A stretch of 29,059 bases of DNA from a virus. Its lineage: Duplodnaviria; Caudoviricetes. Both the position numbers and the translations under genes were made by a program. Position 1 is the first letter of the stretch. The number at the start of each line of letters is the position of its first letter. A model generated the notes under the pieces. That model made no database searches, had not been told where the DNA came from, and saw only the letters and a list, made by a program, of their open reading frames with translations. The DNA lies in IMG/VR virus record IMGVR_UViG_3300030372_001671, positions 1 through 29,059 of that record. One strand, 5' to 3'. Positions 24,943 to 29,059 of this stretch are shown here, piece after piece.

Positions 24943-25842
24943 ATGACAAAAGCATTAGCAGGATTAGCAGAACTTTTAGTTAAAGGAGGAAGTGCTAAAA
25001 CTAAAGCACAAGAAGTTCTTGAAACTTATACTAAAAAAAATAAAACAAAAGATGATTTAAAAAATATTTCTGATGAAGACCTTTCATTAGATGATATAAG
25101 AAAAAAATATAAAGTTAATCAAAAACAAAAAAGAATACCTGAAGTTCAAACAGCAGCTCAAAAACTTTATGAAGGAAAAATTGATAAAAAGTTTTATGAT
25201 AGAGTTGTAAAAGCATATCAACCAATAAATTTAATTACAGAAATGCCAGAAGTTCCTTCTCTAAAAAGAATACAAGGAACATTAAAATCTAATCAGTTAG
25301 AAGAAGGTGTAGTAGGTATAAATAAAAAAGGAACTGATTTAGATGGTAAAAGAGTAGCTTCACGTTTAGATATTCCTGCTTATGAAAATTATGATACATG
25401 GGTTGTATCTTTACATGATGGAACTAAAACAGGTGGTAAAGCTATTGGATATGGACAAAGTGCTGTTTTAAAAAATGTTGAATTTAAATCATCTGAAAAA
25501 GGTGGTTTAAATATTGCTAGAGGAAAAACACCAAAAGCAACAATAGGAAGAATACATGGAGATTATTTAGATGCTCCTACTGAAAATGTTTATAATAAAA
25601 TACAACTAGAATTAAATGACCCTAATTCAGAATATGTTCAAATAGGAATGAATCCTTTTAGACATAGTTATTTTTATGATAAAAAAACTGGTGAACCTGT
25701 TTTAGCAGCAGATGAAGTTTTACAACTAGGTCCTTTAGTTTTAGGTAAAGGAGTTGTTAAAGGAAAGCCTAAAGATTTTAAATTTAAAAAAGGTGGTATG
25801 GTAATACGTAATGATAACTATAATACACAGAGAGCAATATGA
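24943..25842 (+). CDS. Cassette protein A: shared termini around a globular core of unknown function
   Basis: ORF track; N- and C-termini match the next gene. Confidence 0.85.
   Translation: MTKALAGLAELLVKGGSAKTKAQEVLETYTKKNKTKDDLKNISDEDLSLDDIRKKYKVNQKQKRIPEVQTAAQKLYEGKIDKKFYDRVVKAYQPINLITEMPEVPSLKRIQGTLKSNQLEEGVVGINKKGTDLDGKRVASRLDIPAYENYDTWVVSLHDGTKTGGKAIGYGQSAVLKNVEFKSSEKGGLNIARGKTPKATIGRIHGDYLDAPTENVYNKIQLELNDPNSEYVQIGMNPFRHSYFYDKKTGEPVLAADEVLQLGPLVLGKGVVKGKPKDFKFKKGGMVIRNDNYNTQRAI
25819..25840 (+). repeat. 22-nt direct repeat, copy 1 (copy 2 at 26340-26361)
   Basis: tataatacacagagagcaatat is identical at both gene ends. Confidence 0.9.
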
Positions 25843-26363
25843 CAAAAGCACTATCAGGTTTAGGTAAGCTATTAACAGGAGCTACAACAAAAACTAAAGC
25901 TCAAGAAATACTTGAAACATATGCAAATAAAAATTTAACAAAGTCTGATAAAAAAACTTTAGATAATTTTTATAAACAAAAAGATGAAGACTTAATAACA
26001 GACTCTGAATTAAAATCAAAGTTAATTGATAAGTTTGGTAAATCAGCTTCACCTTTAAATGAATATAAAATTAACTTTAAAGTAATAAGTCCTAAGATGT
26101 TTTATAGTGGTGAAAAAGGTAGTTTTAGAATTGGAGATAATATTAATAATGTTACTATTAAAGCATCTTCAGAAAAAGAAGCAAAAGAATTATTAAAAGA
26201 AACACCTCAATTTAAAAATGCATATAAATATGTATTAGACAATATGCCTAGTGGTGCACCTGCTAATCCAAGATTAGTTATAAAAGGAATTACAGAAAAG
26301 AAAAAAGGGGGAACAGTAATGAAAGATTATTACAAAAATTATAATACACAGAGAGCAATATAA
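25839..26363 (+). CDS. Cassette protein B: shared termini around a different core
   Basis: ORF track; ATGA and TAATG coupling to its neighbours. Confidence 0.85.
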   Translation: MTKALSGLGKLLTGATTKTKAQEILETYANKNLTKSDKKTLDNFYKQKDEDLITDSELKSKLIDKFGKSASPLNEYKINFKVISPKMFYSGEKGSFRIGDNINNVTIKASSEKEAKELLKETPQFKNAYKYVLDNMPSGAPANPRLVIKGITEKKKGGTVMKDYYKNYNTQRAI

Positions 26364-28012
26364 TGGCAATAGAAAAAAATCCATTTGATAAAATAGAAAA
26401 AACTATATCAAATGTAGTCAAGCTTCCAGAACAAATTAAAGAAGCAGCAGGTTCACCAACTATAGAACCAGATGAAGATGGGGGAGTTACTGTAGACTTC
26501 ACCCAGGCTACTATAGAAATGGAACCTGAAAGTGAAATGAAAGAATGGTATGGTAATATAGCTGATAACTTAGAAGAAGGTGAGTTATCACAAATTGCAG
26601 AAGATGTAATTAATAATTATACTTCAGATAAAGATTCTAGAGCTGAATGGGAGTCAATGTTTGAAAGAGGATTTGATTTACTAGGATTAAAGATAGAAGA
26701 TGCAAGTGAACCTTTTGAAGGTGCCTGTACTGCTGTTCACCCTATGTTAATTGAATCAGCAGTTAAGTTTCAATCAAAAGCTATACAGGAAATGTTTCCT
26801 GCAAATGGTCCAGTTAAAACACAGATATTAGGTAAGGTAACTCCTGAAAGACAATTACAATCTAATAGAGTAAAAGATTTTATGAACTATCAAGTAACTG
26901 AGCAAATGCCAGAATACTTTGATGAGTTTGAAAGAATGTTATTTCATTTACCTCTTATAGGTTCAGCATTTAAAAAAGTTTATTATGATGCTAACTTAAA
27001 AAGACCAGTATCTGAATTTGTTCCTATAGACCAATTCTATGTTTCTTACTATGCTTCTAACTTACGTAAGGCAGATAGATACACACATGTTATCTACAGA
27101 AGTCCAGTAGATTTAGCAAAAGATATGCGTACAGGTATTTATGATGAAATAGAATTACCTGAAGCTACTAATCCTAATCCTACATCTTTCTCAGAAAAGA
27201 TGGATACAATATTAGGATTATCTCCTACAGAAAGTAGTGACCCACAATATACATTATTAGAACAACATTGTTATCTTGAAATAGAAGAAGACTATGCTCT
27301 TCCCTACATTGTTACTGTGGAAGAGCAATCTAGAATTGTTTTAAGTATAAGAAGAAACTATAAGAAAGATGATAAACAACAACAAAAGATTTCCCATTTT
27401 GTCCACTACAGATTTGTTCCTGGATTTGGATTTTATGGGTTTGGCTTGATGCACTTTCTAGGCAATCTTACTATGACTGCAACTGCAGCTATGAGAAGTC
27501 TAGTAGACGCAGGTCAATTTGCAAACCTACCAGGAGGATTCAAAGCAAAAGGTGTACGACTTGTTGGTGATAATGAACCAATTAGTCCTGGTGAATTTAA
27601 AGAAATAGAAGCAACTGGAGTAGATTTGAATAAGGCAATTATCCCTCTCCCCTATAAAGAGCCTTCCTCTACTCTATTTCAGATGTTAGGTTTCGTAACA
27701 GCAGCAGGTCAAAAGTTTGCTGATAGCACAGAACAAATTGTTTCTGATGCAGCATCTTATGGACCTGTTGGTACAACTATGGCTTTATTGGAAGCTTCAA
27801 GTAAATTCTTTTCAGCTATACATAAAAGATTACATAAATCTCAAAGAGAAGAGTTTAAGATTCTTGCACGTATAGACTATGAGTATTTACCTTCAGAGTA
27901 TCCTTATGAAGTTCCTTTTGCTGAACAGAATGTGTTTAAGAAAGATTTTGATGGAAGGGTTGATGTAATCCCTGTCTCAGACCCTAACATTCCTTCTAAT
28001 GCACATACCTAA
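26363..28012 (+). CDS. Portal protein, N-terminal part (frame interrupted)
   Basis: Position after terL; PFEGACTAVHP, MNYQ, GSAFKKVYYD, GFYGFG, PVGTTMALLE, DVIPVSDPN, typical of podovirus-type portals. Confidence 0.85.
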   Translation: MAIEKNPFDKIEKTISNVVKLPEQIKEAAGSPTIEPDEDGGVTVDFTQATIEMEPESEMKEWYGNIADNLEEGELSQIAEDVINNYTSDKDSRAEWESMFERGFDLLGLKIEDASEPFEGACTAVHPMLIESAVKFQSKAIQEMFPANGPVKTQILGKVTPERQLQSNRVKDFMNYQVTEQMPEYFDEFERMLFHLPLIGSAFKKVYYDANLKRPVSEFVPIDQFYVSYYASNLRKADRYTHVIYRSPVDLAKDMRTGIYDEIELPEATNPNPTSFSEKMDTILGLSPTESSDPQYTLLEQHCYLEIEEDYALPYIVTVEEQSRIVLSIRRNYKKDDKQQQKISHFVHYRFVPGFGFYGFGLMHFLGNLTMTATAAMRSLVDAGQFANLPGGFKAKGVRLVGDNEPISPGEFKEIEATGVDLNKAIIPLPYKEPSSTLFQMLGFVTAAGQKFADSTEQIVSDAASYGPVGTTMALLEASSKFFSAIHKRLHKSQREEFKILARIDYEYLPSEYPYEVPFAEQNVFKKDFDGRVDVIPVSDPNIPSNAHT

Positions 28013-28784
28013 AAAAGAACCACAATCTATGGACCCAATATCAGATATTATGGCAGCAACAAAAGGTATTCCAATAAGAGCATTTGAAGGTCAAAATCAT
28101 GATGCTCATATACAAGCTAAGATGGCTTATTTACAAGACCCTAAAAATGGTGCTAATCCTATTATGGCTAGAATTAAACCAATATTAGAATCTAATATAC
28201 AAGAACATTCTGTTATGAAATATCAAGAACAAGTTAATGGTATTACAAGAATGGGATTAGAACAATTACCACCAGAGCAATCACAAGTAGCTACCATAGC
28301 AGAGATGGCAATGGCTCAAGCAGCACAACAAGTATTAAATGCTAATCAAGCTATGGGTCAAGCACAATCACCTGAACAACAATTAGTTGCATTGAAACAA
28401 GCTGAAGTAGGATTAAAAGAAAAAGAATTAAAAATGGAAGAAGCTAAACTTTCTATGGAGTCTACTTTAGATGCTCAGAAGTTACAATTAGAAGAAGCTA
28501 AGTTAATGAAGGATGCAGGAGTTGCAGGTCAAACAGCTATGTTAAGAAAAGAAAAATCTGACCTTGATAGACAAAGTAAAGAAACTATGAAACTATTAGA
28601 TTTAATTGCAAAGTCAGAAATAGCAGAAAAAAAGTCACAAATAGATTTAGAAAAGATAAGAGCACAAGCTTTAGAAAAAGTAGCAAATATGGAAACTTTA
28701 GATGATAGAGAAAGAAGTATGAAACTATTAGATGTAATGTCTAAAGCAATATTAGAAGATTCTAAACAAGAAAAGAATAACTAG
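27999..28784 (+). CDS. Portal protein C-terminal part (Q/E/K-rich coiled coil) in the +1 frame
   Basis: AFEGQNHDAHI motif and helical Q-rich tail typical of portal C-termini; no SD before 27999. Confidence 0.65.
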   Translation: MHIPKKEPQSMDPISDIMAATKGIPIRAFEGQNHDAHIQAKMAYLQDPKNGANPIMARIKPILESNIQEHSVMKYQEQVNGITRMGLEQLPPEQSQVATIAEMAMAQAAQQVLNANQAMGQAQSPEQQLVALKQAEVGLKEKELKMEEAKLSMESTLDAQKLQLEEAKLMKDAGVAGQTAMLRKEKSDLDRQSKETMKLLDLIAKSEIAEKKSQIDLEKIRAQALEKVANMETLDDRERSMKLLDVMSKAILEDSKQEKNN

Positions 28785-28860
28785 GGATATTTTTTGCCTA
28801 TAGACTGCCCTAGCAGACAAGCCAAGACTATAGGTATAATTTTATAAAGGAGAATAAATT

Positions 28861-29059
28861 ATGGCAAACACAACTTTTAGTGGACCATTAAGGTCAGAAG
28901 GTGGTTTTAAATCAATAACTAAAGATTCAGATACAGGAGCAATAACAGAAAATATTACTTATGGTAATAAAGGTGAAGTTGCTACACCTGTAGTATTAGC
29001 AGATGGTGATATTACTATTGTAAATACAACTCATGGTGGTAGAATTAATTTAGTACCAG
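28861..29059 (+). CDS. Partial gene, putative virion structural protein
   Basis: AAGGAG SD; MANTTFSGPLRSEGGFKSITKDSDTGAITEN.. open to the window end. Confidence 0.7.
   Translation, partial: MANTTFSGPLRSEGGFKSITKDSDTGAITENITYGNKGEVATPVVLADGDITIVNTTHGGRINLVP

Noticed and set aside
22683-26502. ORFs 22683-22865 (+), 23307-23585 (-), 24398-24601 (-) and 26290-26502 (-)
   Set aside because: Antisense to genes with better SD or motif support.
28004-28018. Programmed +1 frameshift in the portal
   Set aside because: ACC to CCT re-pairing is poor and there is no upstream SD-like stimulator; a deletion or mis-assembly is simpler.
28782-28847. UAG readthrough stimulated by the pseudoknot
   Set aside because: The frame hits TAA about 21 codons later, before the next gene, and the UAG lies inside the stem.

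Overview
A 29 kb fragment of an AT-rich tailed dsDNA phage, probably lytic. The two-arm layout resembles SIO1/cobavirus-type podoviruses (Zobellviridae-like; this is inferred from gene content, not from a search). A leftward arm (about 22840 to 122) runs from small early genes through T7-like primase-helicase, PolA (Tyr762 type), endonuclease VII, SSB, a Cas4-like exonuclease, DUF3310 and class II RNR, to SufT/DUF59, Hsp20, a glycosyl/methyltransferase cluster, a 3-TM holin and a TerS-like gene. A rightward arm starts at 23368 with TerL, two cassette-like paralogues, a frame-broken portal and a partial structural gene. The AT-rich divergent gap (about 22860-23360) probably holds the genome termini. 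No RNA polymerase or integrase is seen; several near-consensus sigma70 promoters are present. The strongest unexplained signals are: (1) two genes between terL and portal with shared N- and C-termini and a 22-nt junction repeat but unrelated cores; (2) a 175-nt tRNA-like RNA with a 121-nt insert and a predicted kissing loop; (3) OxyR/LysR-like boxes placed exactly 1 nt upstream of the -35 of four early promoter candidates; (4) a probable antisense sRNA; (5) a ROSE-like RNA thermometer on the phage hsp20; (6) a GT-MTase-Maf triple fusion. All calls are by eye, without database searches.
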